Below, in pieces: positions 17,910-27,406 of a stretch of DNA of 38,787 nt (position 1 is its first letter; each line of letters opens with the position of its first letter). The translations under genes were made by a program, and so were the position numbers. The notes beneath the pieces were generated by a model, which made no database searches, was not told the DNA's origin, and worked only from the letters and a program-made list of their open reading frames with translations. The DNA comes from a virus (Duplodnaviria > Caudoviricetes), in IMG/VR virus record IMGVR_UViG_3300035109_000099, positions 1 through 38,787 of that record. One strand, 5' to 3'.

Positions 17910-18032
17910 TTTTATATAGCTCCCACATTATGAGATAACGTTTATAAACGATTTATGAGCCAGTTTAAGCCGCACTAAGTAGTTTTACTACCCCGTTACA
18001 GCGGCCACTATCGTTTTCGCGCCTCAAATCGC

Positions 18033-18428
18033 CTATATCTCAAATAAATCCATATTGAGCATTAAGGGCTCGACGGCATTAATAATCGTGCTGAGCTGCC
18101 GCTCGGTTAATCCGTATTTGCGCACCAGGTTATGCATGCTCATATGCTCGCGATGATCCTGCCTGATCATCTCATTCCTGACCGCTCGCCGCGCCGCTTC
18201 CGCTTTAACTATCGTCAACGGCTCGGCCCCGCCAAACACCTCGCTCAACTGACACGCCGCCGGATAGCCCAACAACTGGCTCAGGGGATGCTCCGGGATC
18301 ATGTGGACCGGCACTGATACACGCATTCCGCCGTAGGCGCTCCACAGCTTCCACATGACCTCATCGCCGCAGTATTCGGCGATTTCCAACAAGCTGGCAG
18401 GCAGCAAATGGCGGGGCAGATCGCTCAT
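18033..18428 (-). CDS. mor: Mor/C family transcription activator
   Basis: LPASLLEIAE...YGGMRVSVP...RNEMIR...LVRKYGLTERQLSTII (C-terminal HTH); directly after gemA. Confidence 0.85.
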   Translation of the reverse strand: MSDLPRHLLPASLLEIAEYCGDEVMWKLWSAYGGMRVSVPVHMIPEHPLSQLLGYPAACQLSEVFGGAEPLTIVKAEAARRAVRNEMIRQDHREHMSMHNLVRKYGLTERQLSTIINAVEPLMLNMDLFEI

Positions 18429-18931
18429 TACTCAGCACTGCTCGCGGCTGGTTGTGTGCAACGGGCTTGCCATTTTTTCAACGCCTCGATCACGCCGGAC
18501 GCTTGTTCGCTGCTGAGCCATTGCAGCGCATCAACGCCTTTTAAGCGTTTGACATACGCAGCCAGACTGGCTTCGGATGGATTGCGGACAATGCCCTGGT
18601 TATGCATTTCCAGCCACAAGGCCCGTATTTTGCGGGACTGCGCATCGTCGGCCAGTTTGCGCCGTGAGGTTTTTCTTGGGCCCTTAACTTTATTGCCGGA
18701 TTTGTATTTGACCTTGAAGCCCTTGGTTTTCATGGCTTCCACGGCTTTAAACAACTGGGTATTGCTCAGCGTGGTTGCGGAATAACGACCGTCTTTCAGC
18801 GTTGCGCCCTGCTGAGGCAGCCAGATGCCGTAATAAAACGCGTCGTCGTAGCCTAATTCTGCCTGGCCGACACGCAGCAGCTTGTAATAGCGATTGCGGT
18901 CGAACTCGGCTTGTCTGTTGGGATGTTGCAT
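18428..18931 (-). CDS. gemA: GemA / DUF1018 family regulatory protein
   Basis: KIRALWLEM...SEASLAAYVKR...VIEALKKW signature; gemA-mor pair. Confidence 0.85.
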   Translation of the reverse strand: MQHPNRQAEFDRNRYYKLLRVGQAELGYDDAFYYGIWLPQQGATLKDGRYSATTLSNTQLFKAVEAMKTKGFKVKYKSGNKVKGPRKTSRRKLADDAQSRKIRALWLEMHNQGIVRNPSEASLAAYVKRLKGVDALQWLSSEQASGVIEALKKWQARCTQPAASSAE

Positions 18932-18969
18932 GATGTGTCCCTCGGTTATGATGATTGGGTAGGCCGGTG

Positions 18970-19185
18970 TTATTCCATGTCCTCTTCACCCAGCACTTGA
19001 TCGCGCCCCTCGTTCAGCAGATATTTCGCTATCTCGTCGCTCATCAACAAGTCGGTCGTAGCGCCGGTTACTGAGCAAGGTGCTAAAGCGGTTTTGATTT
19101 CTTGGGCTTTTTTGGGTTTAGGTTGTGCATAGGCTACTTGCGCCGCAGCGGCGATTAATACGATTGTGATTAAGAGTTTTTGCAT
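18970..19185 (-). CDS. Small protein with signal-peptide-like N-terminus
   Basis: MQKLLITIVLIAAAAQVAYA leader. Confidence 0.6.
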   Translation of the reverse strand: MQKLLITIVLIAAAAQVAYAQPKPKKAQEIKTALAPCSVTGATTDLLMSDEIAKYLLNEGRDQVLGEEDME

Positions 19186-19742
19186 GATTGTTTCTCTTTT
19201 ATTTTCGTTTTTAATTTAGTGATTTGTGTCAGCAACTCAGGTGTTTGGCTGGCCTGGTATAAGCTTTCAAGCCCAGCCAAGTCGTTGCGCAGCCGGTTTA
19301 ACTCCATCACGTGGCGCTTGCCGTCATCAATCGGCGCTTTGCTGTAATCCAGCCAGCGCATTTCGAAAAGCCAGCCTTGCGCCATCTTGCGCGATTGCCC
19401 AGGCGGAACCGGTTTACCGGCCTCTTGCCGGGCGGCCGTGATAATCTCCTGGTACTGCTCGCGCGATAACTCGCCCAACTGGTGCCAGCGCATCGCGGCA
19501 TTATTGCGATCGCGTTTGTAATCAAACGCGGTCCAAAAGGCATCAAAGGCTTTGCGCTGGTGCTGGCTGAGCAAGGCAATCCAGTCTTTAGACTCGCGCG
19601 GCTGGCCGGCTTGATCGGGGCCGTAGCCGTTTTGGCAAAGCCACGCCCACAAGCTTTCGGCGTATTCAAGACACGCTTGCCGCTTTTCAGGTTTCGGCAA
19701 GCTGCGGCTAAAAACGTTTTGGATAAAACGCTTCTTGCTCAT
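19170..19742 (-). CDS. Hypothetical early protein
   Basis: 190 aa, coupled to neighbours; FDAFWTAF...AQGWLFEMRW motif resembles phage replication-protein domains. Confidence 0.65.
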   Translation of the reverse strand: MSKKRFIQNVFSRSLPKPEKRQACLEYAESLWAWLCQNGYGPDQAGQPRESKDWIALLSQHQRKAFDAFWTAFDYKRDRNNAAMRWHQLGELSREQYQEIITAARQEAGKPVPPGQSRKMAQGWLFEMRWLDYSKAPIDDGKRHVMELNRLRNDLAGLESLYQASQTPELLTQITKLKTKIKEKQSCKNS

Positions 19743-20095
19743 CAGATTTCATCACCATCACATGTCACAGTCATATCGGATTCGTCTATCACCAGGCTAT
19801 CGCAACTGATCAAATGTATACCCCAACTGCCGTCTAATTTAGGCCAGCCTTCTGGCGGATAATTGGTAAATACTGGCAATGCGTTACCGTTTGATAATTC
19901 AATAGCCAATACGCTACCGGCCAGATTCAACAATACAGCCTTTAATAAACTTCCTCCTGCATGGTCTATACGGTCTTCTGCCCCAAACCAGAAATTATTA
20001 ATTTCGTGTAATACTTCAGGTGTTAAAACGTCATGATCAATTTCAACTACGACATCCGCCTTATTGTCGTAGCTGATTACGTATGTTTTTTTCAT
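19742..20095 (-). CDS. DUF2528-like protein
   Basis: VVEIDHDV...LHEINNFW...EGWPKLDGSWGI motif. Confidence 0.7.
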   Translation of the reverse strand: MKKTYVISYDNKADVVVEIDHDVLTPEVLHEINNFWFGAEDRIDHAGGSLLKAVLLNLAGSVLAIELSNGNALPVFTNYPPEGWPKLDGSWGIHLISCDSLVIDESDMTVTCDGDEI

Positions 20096-20784
20096 GATTC
20101 TTCACCCCCTTCGTCTGCTAAAAAATCAAACTCGAACCCAAGAGGAAAATCAACCGATGACATGGACAATGGGATCGATACCTTTTCGTTCGCCAAGTTC
20201 ATAAAATACGCCTCGATAAACCAACAGGTACGCGTCGGCTTGTAGGCTTGCAGGATGGTATTGACCCCGTCGGTAAAATTAACGTCATGAAAATCGTCGG
20301 TCATTTTTTGCAGCTCCAAGACGCGGCTAGCGCGCAGATTGCCCTTGGCGTCTTTTTTCAATAGCCTGAAAATCGTCTTGACCAGCTTGGCCGATGATGG
20401 ATCGGTCGCCAACGAGTCGATGTAAGCGGTTACTTTTTGAATCCCCGCCGATACTGTATCGTCCCAGTTATCATTGACCCTATAGCCGATGGTGATGCCA
20501 TATTGGTCGGTGCTAAAGGTATGGCTTTGCTGGTTGTCAGTGACACCGTACACCTCGGCTTTCATCGCCAATAAATCCTTGAAATAGGCAAACGTATCCG
20601 CTTTGATGCGGCCTAAATTGTCCGATACCTCGATTAATTTAACGACGGCATCCGGCACGGTAGTTGTTACCAGTTCTTTGTAGGCTTTGCGGTTCTGTTC
20701 AGCTTTTTGGCGTTTCTTCCGCAATAAATCTTCGAGCTGCTGCTCAGTTAATTCTGTAGGGTTAATCAAGGTTTCAGTGGTCAT
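20092..20784 (-). CDS. DUF3164-like Mu early protein
   Basis: 230 aa; QQSHTFS...LLKKDAKGNLRASRVLEL motif; early operon position. Confidence 0.7.
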   Translation of the reverse strand: MTTETLINPTELTEQQLEDLLRKKRQKAEQNRKAYKELVTTTVPDAVVKLIEVSDNLGRIKADTFAYFKDLLAMKAEVYGVTDNQQSHTFSTDQYGITIGYRVNDNWDDTVSAGIQKVTAYIDSLATDPSSAKLVKTIFRLLKKDAKGNLRASRVLELQKMTDDFHDVNFTDGVNTILQAYKPTRTCWFIEAYFMNLANEKVSIPLSMSSVDFPLGFEFDFLADEGGEES

Positions 20785-20811
20785 TTGCTTATACCGGTTG
20801 TTTAAAATTAT

Positions 20812-20877
20812 TTACCAAAAGTGGATCATTGCCGGCAGCACAGCCAGCACTACCAGCAACATCACAATGCCGTCCAT
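20812..20877 (-). CDS. 21-aa hydrophobic peptide (not in ORF track)
   Basis: MDGIVMLLVVLAVLPAMIHFW; start overlaps the upstream stop (TAATG). Confidence 0.45.
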   Translation of the reverse strand: MDGIVMLLVVLAVLPAMIHFW

Positions 20878-21200
20878 TACTGCGCGGCCCGTTGTTGCCC
20901 AGGCCACGGGATGACGTTATCGGCCCGAACCGCACGGACCGGCTTGTGCCAGACGATGGTTACATCATCAATAACGGCCGCGTAGGATTTGTAAAAATGA
21001 CCGTCTGCCCAGCCTTGGCCGGTGTATACCGATTTCAGATTCTGCGTGGATCGGGTTGGGTAAACTATCATCGTCAGGCCACGGCCTATCTGTATGCGCA
21101 GCAGTATTAGCTCCAAATATTCTAATTTTGCGATGGCCTGGATGATGCGCCGGCGTAGCTCGTCTGGGCATGGTGCATCGAGTAATTTATAGCTGCTCAT
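20877..21200 (-). CDS. Hypothetical early protein
   Basis: ATG at 21200 (MSSYKLL) with GAGGTG RBS, overlapping the upstream stop. Confidence 0.6.
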   Translation of the reverse strand: MSSYKLLDAPCPDELRRRIIQAIAKLEYLELILLRIQIGRGLTMIVYPTRSTQNLKSVYTGQGWADGHFYKSYAAVIDDVTIVWHKPVRAVRADNVIPWPGQQRAAQ

Positions 21201-21388
21201 AGTTTCACCTCTAACGTATCGATAAACCGAGTAATCTCTTCTGTACTCCAGTACCATTGCGAAACGCCGTGACATATACCGGCGGTTGCCTGTTGCACAG
21301 GGCTAGGTAATTTGTCCCGTGCGATGTATTGACCGGTGTGAGCTTTGATCATGGACTGTATTTCAGGTAGGGTTAGATGCATGCTCAT
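21197..21388 (-). CDS. Small possible DNA-binding protein
   Basis: 63 aa with a GGAGG RBS, directly after the ATPase. Confidence 0.55.
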   Translation of the reverse strand: MSMHLTLPEIQSMIKAHTGQYIARDKLPSPVQQATAGICHGVSQWYWSTEEITRFIDTLEVKL

Positions 21389-21389
21389 C

Positions 21390-22553
21390 TCATACCTCCC
21401 GTATTAAATCGCCGCTGACTTTGGTAAAACCAAGCTGGGCGGCTTGGTTCAGCGCGGCGGTGACTAAGTTGTTGACCATCAATGGGTACATCAGGCTGAT
21501 GGTTTCACGGTTCTTTGCGTTCGATTTGGTAAAGATCAGCTGCGCTCTGATTCCATCAATCGCATCGGCTTCAAAAACATTGGCGATATCTGCACCGACG
21601 CGCCCGAACTTAAAGCGCAAGTAGTCATCAATCGAGGCATCCAGCGGCCCCAGCTCGACCAACTCGCAGCGCTGCACCACTTCGCGCACTTCGGGCGAGC
21701 GTTCGTCCAGTTTCTTTTTCAGCTCGGTTTGGCCGATCAGGATGATCGACAGCAGTTTTTTAAAGCCGTCTTCCAGTTCCAGGAAGCGTTTTAGGTGCTT
21801 GAGTGTTTGCGTGCTCAACGCATGCGCTTCTTCAATGATCAGGCAATGGGCAAAGCCTGCACGGCGGCTGTCTTTGAGGATGCGGTGCAGCTGGCGGCTT
21901 TTGGCTTCCATGGTGCGCTTGGGGTTCTCGTTGGGCGCTACGGTGTTGATGATTGCATCGATAATGGACGCAGATTTCAGCGTTTTGCCTTTGATGTCGT
22001 TGTCTTCCATGCCCAGCACATACGGTTGGATCAGGATGATCGGCGCTTGCTCGCGGGCTACGCGCTCTTCCAGGTCTTTACGCAAGGTGGACTTGCCCGC
22101 GCCGGATTCCCCAATGACAGCCATAAAGCCGCCGAATTTAGCGGTGCTCCACAGGTATTCACGGACGTAGCGCGTGGTTGGGCTGTTAAAGACGTCATCC
22201 GCTTCGTTGACGTCCTCGCTAAATGGATCGCGGAATAAACCAAAATGTTTTCTGGCTGCTGGTGACAGCGTTTGTTTTCGTAGTAACATATCTAAGACCT
22301 CCGAGGTCATTGTTATTTCCGTGTCGGCTGTTACAGCAGTCGATACGGGTTCAAATAGATGGGATTCAACCGCAATGCCATTAGCCGATAGCACCAAGGA
22401 AATACGGGCTTGTAATGCCGTTCTATCCGGGTTTGTGGGCCAAATCTCTTTATTCAGCAGTTGCGCAATCGTTGCAGGGCTCAGTTCGACCGTTCTGGCG
22501 AGATCGGCTTGACTGATACCGTGTTGTTGCAGCAAGGGTTTTAGCGCCAGCAT
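21390..22553 (-). CDS. Transposition AAA+ ATPase (MuB-like/ExeA family) with N-terminal HTH
   Basis: N-terminal HTH (ISQADLAR...SPATIAQLLN), Walker A GESGAGKS, Walker B LIIEEAH, IILIGQTEL. Confidence 0.9.
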   Translation of the reverse strand: MLALKPLLQQHGISQADLARTVELSPATIAQLLNKEIWPTNPDRTALQARISLVLSANGIAVESHLFEPVSTAVTADTEITMTSEVLDMLLRKQTLSPAARKHFGLFRDPFSEDVNEADDVFNSPTTRYVREYLWSTAKFGGFMAVIGESGAGKSTLRKDLEERVAREQAPIILIQPYVLGMEDNDIKGKTLKSASIIDAIINTVAPNENPKRTMEAKSRQLHRILKDSRRAGFAHCLIIEEAHALSTQTLKHLKRFLELEDGFKKLLSIILIGQTELKKKLDERSPEVREVVQRCELVELGPLDASIDDYLRFKFGRVGADIANVFEADAIDGIRAQLIFTKSNAKNRETISLMYPLMVNNLVTAALNQAAQLGFTKVSGDLIREV

Positions 22554-22554
22554 G

Positions 22555-22776
22555 TTAGTGGTGTGAGGCCGATTGCATGGGGATCAACGTATTTGATCGC
22601 ATTCGCTGTATTTTCTGGACGCTATGGGCCAGTGCTTCAGCGAGCTGGTCGCCGACTGCTATAGCCGTCGTATCAGCAACAGCCAACTCTTCCGGCGTCT
22701 GAAATTTGAGCACCTTGACTTCAAAGCTCTCAGTCTTTGTATCGGTGTCTTCGATGATGATTATTGTTTTAGCCAT
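22555..22776 (-). CDS. Hypothetical protein
   Basis: 73 aa abutting the ATPase start. Confidence 0.6.
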   Translation of the reverse strand: MAKTIIIIEDTDTKTESFEVKVLKFQTPEELAVADTTAIAVGDQLAEALAHSVQKIQRMRSNTLIPMQSASHH

Positions 22777-22808
22777 TGGCTTATCTCTCTTGGTTGGGTA
22801 TTAATGGA

Positions 22809-22973
22809 TCAGTCCAAATAGCCCGACTCTTTTAAGTCGTCTATTGGATTGCCGATTATCTTCACTGCTTTCAGCAAGGCCCTATTCATCCTGATGAGGT
22901 AATCCACGGATGAAATGCCTTCTTCCAGCATGTATTTCTTAAGTTTTTCTTGGTCGTTTATGTCAAAAATCAC
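22809..22973 (-). CDS. 54-aa hypothetical protein (not in ORF track)
   Basis: GTG start with GAGGA RBS; MIFDINDQEKLKKYMLEEG... Confidence 0.5.
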   Translation of the reverse strand: MIFDINDQEKLKKYMLEEGISSVDYLIRMNRALLKAVKIIGNPIDDLKESGYLD

Positions 22974-23121
22974 GGTTTGTCCTCTGCTCCTTTACCTTGG
23001 CTTTTTTTAGCTCGCCCCAGCATGTTCGTACTATTCGCCATGCTCGCTTTCTGCCTATCCCGAGACGCATGCTCGTTCTCACATGATCTGATCGACTGAA
23101 TGATTCACCTCGTATTCTCAT
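22963..23121 (-). CDS. 52-aa basic hypothetical protein (not in ORF track)
   Basis: GGAGGAG RBS then ATG; MRIRGESFSRSDHVRTSMRLGIGRKRAW... Confidence 0.5.
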   Translation of the reverse strand: MRIRGESFSRSDHVRTSMRLGIGRKRAWRIVRTCWGELKKAKVKEQRTNRDF

Positions 23122-23139
23122 TGCTCCTCCACTATTGGG

Positions 23140-24978
23140 TTAAACCGCCTGCAATCTAGCCTTGCCGCCCACGGATCGCCCCGCGCGCAGATCGGCTAAA
23201 ACTTGTTCCAATTCCGGGTCGGTCGCCCCGTTCGGGAATCGTTCCCTCAAATCCGCCAGCATCGTCGCGTTCCAGTCATCGCCTAAGGCGCGCTGCAATA
23301 AAATGGCTGTTTTCGTAAAGCTATTGCGTTCAAATTCCAGCTTGGTATCCATCGCCGCCGCAATGTCCGGCGTATCCAACTCTTTCGCAGCCGGCAGCAA
23401 GCGTTGCGGCAATTCGCCTTGGCCTAAATGGCTATGCGCCACCACGCCTTTGCCATCGTTAAACTGCTGGAACGGCCTGACGTTTTTCCTCAACATCTCT
23501 TCGGCCTCTGCCAAGTTGACGTCGCCATAAGCGGCCTTGGCAATGTCCTTGGCGGCTTGCTCGGCCACGGTATGTTTGGCGCTCTTGTATTCATCGCCGA
23601 TCACCGTGCCGCTCATCATCCGGCCGAAAGCGTCAAAGTCTTTTACCGGACCGATTTGCACCACCAAGGGCTCTTTGCCCAGTTGCTCGATCTCGACCCG
23701 GATTTCGCCGTCCGCCAGCAACAGCGGCGAGACTTTGACCTTGTCTTTCTGGCTGTAAAACTCGGCCCACTGCGATAGGTCATAGGTGCGACTACCTCCT
23801 AACTCCGGATGTACATAGGTAATTAAGCCATTGCGCACTGTCCGGGTGGTCTCTGTACCTGTTAAAAACCACGAGCACACTTTACGTTCCGGTAGCTTGA
23901 TCAGGGCATCCGGGGTGCGCAGGATCATCTGCCACAACTCATCCCGCACCAGCTTTTCGCCGCTATCGCGCTGCACCCGGCTATCGACATGCTTGATCGC
24001 ATTGGCGTTGTAGTCCCGCACCCAGAGTTCAGCCGAGGTGTTTAACTCTTCAATGCAATTTACCGGTTGGTCTCGCAAGCGGCTTTCAAAATGCATTTCG
24101 ACGATACGGTTGCCGTTTTCAACGCCGCCCTTAACCCAGGCATGGTGCGTGGCGTGGGTTTCGTGGCGTACCCCCAACGCATCCAGCAGGCGCTTGATAC
24201 CGGCGCTGGTGTTGGCGCTGCCTTTGTCCCATAACAGCAACTCGGGAATGCCGAACGACACGCGCTGTAGTTGCTCTCCCCAGGTCCATAACAAAAACTC
24301 AAACAAGCTGCGCTGGTTTTCGCCGGCCGCCTCGAAGTAGCGCACGTCCAGGCTTCCGCTGGCATGGTCGTAACGCACATAGCGCCAGACTTTCAGCTTG
24401 ACCTTTTCAATCGCGGCTGGCTTGTTCTTGTTAAACTCCGCCTCGGTCATCATCATTTGCCGCTTTCCGACGTAGTAAATCAGGCATAACGACGGGTCGA
24501 TCTGGTGCACATGGTTCGGGTACAGGCTGCGCAGCTGGGTATGGTTGCGCGCATTGGCTTGCGATTTAGTATCCATCCTACGGCTCCTTAAAATCCGGTT
24601 AATCTGGCTCGCGCCGACATTGATCTCCAGGCCGTTAGCGTCGGCAATGTTCATCGCGACGCCGGTCGGCTTGGTGGCTTTGCCGTTGGCGCGGACCGAT
24701 AGGTTCTTGCTGGCGGCGATAAACACCAAGCTAGGCTCGGGCAATTTCGTGGTGCCGGCATCGGTGCGTTTCTTGCGCCCGGTTTGGTAGCCGGCAAACG
24801 TGCCCAGCCAGCGCCAGACCGTTTGTTTACTACGGCCGTACAGTTCGGCAAAGGCGTCAATCAACGGACCGCCTTGACCGTGCGCGGCGGTTTCCAGCTG
24901 ACGGCGCAAAATCAACAAGAGTTCCATCATCTCCGCATTGGGCTTGTTCATAGTCATCCACTCCGCAATGGCGCTCAT
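23140..24978 (-). CDS. DDE transposase (MuA analogue, B3-type)
   Basis: 612 aa; catalytic triad candidates HQIDPS, LLWDKGS and KGGVENG; upstream of the ATPase. Confidence 0.9.
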   Translation of the reverse strand: MSAIAEWMTMNKPNAEMMELLLILRRQLETAAHGQGGPLIDAFAELYGRSKQTVWRWLGTFAGYQTGRKKRTDAGTTKLPEPSLVFIAASKNLSVRANGKATKPTGVAMNIADANGLEINVGASQINRILRSRRMDTKSQANARNHTQLRSLYPNHVHQIDPSLCLIYYVGKRQMMMTEAEFNKNKPAAIEKVKLKVWRYVRYDHASGSLDVRYFEAAGENQRSLFEFLLWTWGEQLQRVSFGIPELLLWDKGSANTSAGIKRLLDALGVRHETHATHHAWVKGGVENGNRIVEMHFESRLRDQPVNCIEELNTSAELWVRDYNANAIKHVDSRVQRDSGEKLVRDELWQMILRTPDALIKLPERKVCSWFLTGTETTRTVRNGLITYVHPELGGSRTYDLSQWAEFYSQKDKVKVSPLLLADGEIRVEIEQLGKEPLVVQIGPVKDFDAFGRMMSGTVIGDEYKSAKHTVAEQAAKDIAKAAYGDVNLAEAEEMLRKNVRPFQQFNDGKGVVAHSHLGQGELPQRLLPAAKELDTPDIAAAMDTKLEFERNSFTKTAILLQRALGDDWNATMLADLRERFPNGATDPELEQVLADLRAGRSVGGKARLQAV

Positions 24979-25916
24979 ACTTGCAACAGGTTGATCCGTG
25001 CATCCGAATAAGCGCCCAAGGAGCGGTCGAAACTCATGCCTAGCGCGGCGAGCAGCTCGGCGCTCTCGTTGTGGATGCCGACCAGTTCCGTGGCCAATAT
25101 CTCCCGTGCCTGAGTGAGTGCGGCTTCTTCGTCTTCCGATTGCGGCTCGATCTTCATGGCTGCTTCGCGGATCACATCCAAGGAGCCGAGCGCGTGTTTC
25201 AGGTTTTTGCGTGTGATCGCCAGTTGATCGAGATAGCCTTTAAACGCGGACGGCCAATCGATATGAGCAAAGACCGGCCTATCCAGCTTTAGGCGCTCCA
25301 GCTCATGATCCAATTCGTTCAGCTTTTGGTCTTTCTTTTGGATGACGGCGTCTTTGGACTTAAGATTATCGCTGGCTTCTCGCAGGGCTTTTTTTAGCTC
25401 TGAAACACTCATTGACTCAATGTCGTTCAATGTTACGCCACGTACTGAACCACCGTTTTCAAGTGCTTCGATTTCGCCGTCATCCAGTACTAAAAGCTCT
25501 AACAGTTTTGATTGCGTGCCTGCGGATTTCAAAAGCGAATTCGAATTCGTTTTTGAAATTTTTAATGTTGCTGACATGAACTTTTGAGCCATGCGTCTAC
25601 TAATACCAAGCAGTTCTGCCCGTGACTCAAATTCCCCGTGCGGCGTCAACTCCTTCAGAATCAGCAAGCGCTTGCCCAGTTCTAGGCAAGCTTCCACGGT
25701 GCGGCGCTGGTAAAAGCGTATCTCATCCTCCAGCGCTCCGACGGTTAACGCTCCGTCGTATCCAAGCTGCTGCGCCACTGCCAATACATTGTCTGATGCC
25801 TGCCTTTCAATTGCTGCCAACTCGTTAACTGCTTGTACTGCCTCAGCAACGCGACCATGTGGATCATCCGGAATGATCGTCGATGTGTCTTCCACGCTAA
25901 TTTCTTTTCTAGCCAT
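24975..25916 (-). CDS. DUF3102-like protein with coiled coil
   Basis: ELGKRLLILKELTPHGEF...RMAQKFM motif; immediately upstream of the transposase. Confidence 0.75.
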   Translation of the reverse strand: MARKEISVEDTSTIIPDDPHGRVAEAVQAVNELAAIERQASDNVLAVAQQLGYDGALTVGALEDEIRFYQRRTVEACLELGKRLLILKELTPHGEFESRAELLGISRRMAQKFMSATLKISKTNSNSLLKSAGTQSKLLELLVLDDGEIEALENGGSVRGVTLNDIESMSVSELKKALREASDNLKSKDAVIQKKDQKLNELDHELERLKLDRPVFAHIDWPSAFKGYLDQLAITRKNLKHALGSLDVIREAAMKIEPQSEDEEAALTQAREILATELVGIHNESAELLAALGMSFDRSLGAYSDARINLLQV

Positions 25917-26262
25917 TAGTAATGCTCCTAATCCGTTCTATTGCGTTGTCAATTTGAGTCTCGGGGCCGCCATACAGTCGATTTCTGGCTTCTATAAGGC
26001 GGTTTTGTGCAGCTTCCAGGGATTGCAGAATTTGTACGGCCTGCCGTGCCAGTCGGTGACTGGGCCTGATGCGTCCCGTCTCCGGTATGCGTTCGGCAAA
26101 GCCTGAACTTTCCAACGTATTGACATAGCGGGTAATGTCGCTGGCCGAATACCCCGTTTCTTTAGCAAGCTCGCTGTTGCTAAAACCGTGAGCGAAATTC
26201 CGCAGCAAAACATCTAACACTTTAAGCACCTTGCCTGCGCTTTTGTTATCTTGTGCAGCCAT
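25909..26262 (-). CDS. IclR-type HTH DNA-binding protein
   Basis: KVLKVLDVL...GFSNSELAKETGYSASDITRYVNTLESSGFAE winged-HTH pattern. Confidence 0.8.
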   Translation of the reverse strand: MAAQDNKSAGKVLKVLDVLLRNFAHGFSNSELAKETGYSASDITRYVNTLESSGFAERIPETGRIRPSHRLARQAVQILQSLEAAQNRLIEARNRLYGGPETQIDNAIERIRSITNG

Positions 26263-26264
26263 TG

Positions 26265-26738
26265 TTATTCCTCATCAAATGGCAGCTCAGGCTGCCGGTA
26301 TTTTTCTACATTGCCCTTGTGCCAACTGGTTTGCTCCAAAGCGGTTTGCAATGCGGCCAAAGTTTCGTCTATGCCGGTAAGCTCCTCGCAAAACTTCATT
26401 AGCTCACCAACCGCAGCGTGATACGTGCCTTGCAATTGTTGGATATCCCCAGTACCGCATTTTTTGCCGCGTGGCACGTCGATGACCAACTTACCGTTAC
26501 TCTCACATGACCAACGACTTACGTAATCGATGCCGCAAGCATTCTCGAACGATTTAAGCAGCCGTAACGGCAAGTCCGCTTCGCCTATCCATTTGTAAAG
26601 CGTCCAGTAGTTGACCCCCATAATGTCAGCGATACCTTCCACTGACCGGTTGTGATGCGCCTTGGCATAACGCACACACCAATCCATTGCGTCTTTTAAA
26701 TTCAACGGCCTAACGGCCTTCCAATTTCTTTTTTTCAT
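26265..26738 (-). CDS. Conserved phage regulatory-type protein (HTH-like)
   Basis: Start MKKRNWK at 26738 with GAGGGTG RBS; SVEGIADIMGVNYWTLYKW HTH-like segment. Confidence 0.7.
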   Translation of the reverse strand: MKKRNWKAVRPLNLKDAMDWCVRYAKAHHNRSVEGIADIMGVNYWTLYKWIGEADLPLRLLKSFENACGIDYVSRWSCESNGKLVIDVPRGKKCGTGDIQQLQGTYHAAVGELMKFCEELTGIDETLAALQTALEQTSWHKGNVEKYRQPELPFDEE

Positions 26739-26848
26739 TGGATCACCCTCGTTGGAGCAATGGCCAAACAAAAAACCGTTTTGCATATGTGCAAGCCTGT
26801 TTCATAATGCAAAAATAACCCCGTCTTAAATCAACACGGGGAAACGCC

Positions 26849-27100
26849 ATGAACGAAGAACAATACAATGAACTCAACGGCAGCATCCAAGGGCTCAGCG
26901 ACATTTTATTAACCTTGGTCGTAACGCTGGATAACCAACGCATTATTAATGCCGAGGACTTTGCCGCCGATTTAAGCAAGTTGTCGGTCATTAGGAGCCT
27001 TGAGCCTCATCTGGATTCGGCCCGTTATCAGCTGGCTTTCCTGGCTGATCGGATTGAGGACTACAAGCACCACAAGGTAGCGTCGGAGACTGGGCAATAA
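26849..27100 (+). CDS. Hypothetical protein antisense to the early operon
   Basis: 83 aa helical, GGGGA RBS, candidate promoter at 26780-26808; its 3' end overlaps a - strand ORF. Confidence 0.6.
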   Translation: MNEEQYNELNGSIQGLSDILLTLVVTLDNQRIINAEDFAADLSKLSVIRSLEPHLDSARYQLAFLADRIEDYKHHKVASETGQ

Positions 27101-27398
27101 AGCGAAGCGCCGATTCAGGTAGGCGGCTGACCTGCTTGTATCGCGTACGGTGCAATCGACGATGAAAACCTGGGTGTTTAAGCTTGATCGACATCGGCCC
27201 GACGTAAGCACCTAAGATATTTTCGGCTTTGCGGGAATAAAGCTCGCCGATAATGGCCGCCTCTTTTGAGCGGCCGAATTCGTCGAATTGAGCACCAGCA
27301 TTAGCAAGCAATTGAACACCTTGACGCACTTTTTCGGCGGTTTGTTCATGTAATAGATTCATCGCTGTGAATTGGTTTGGGTCTGGTTGTTGATTCAT
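26991..27398 (-). CDS. Hypothetical protein
   Basis: 135 aa, AGGAG RBS directly after ner; low-complexity tail overlaps the + strand ORF. Confidence 0.55.
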   Translation of the reverse strand: MNQQPDPNQFTAMNLLHEQTAEKVRQGVQLLANAGAQFDEFGRSKEAAIIGELYSRKAENILGAYVGPMSIKLKHPGFHRRLHRTRYKQVSRLPESALRFIAQSPTLPCGACSPQSDQPGKPADNGPNPDEAQGS

Positions 27399-27406
27399 AT
27401 CGGCTC

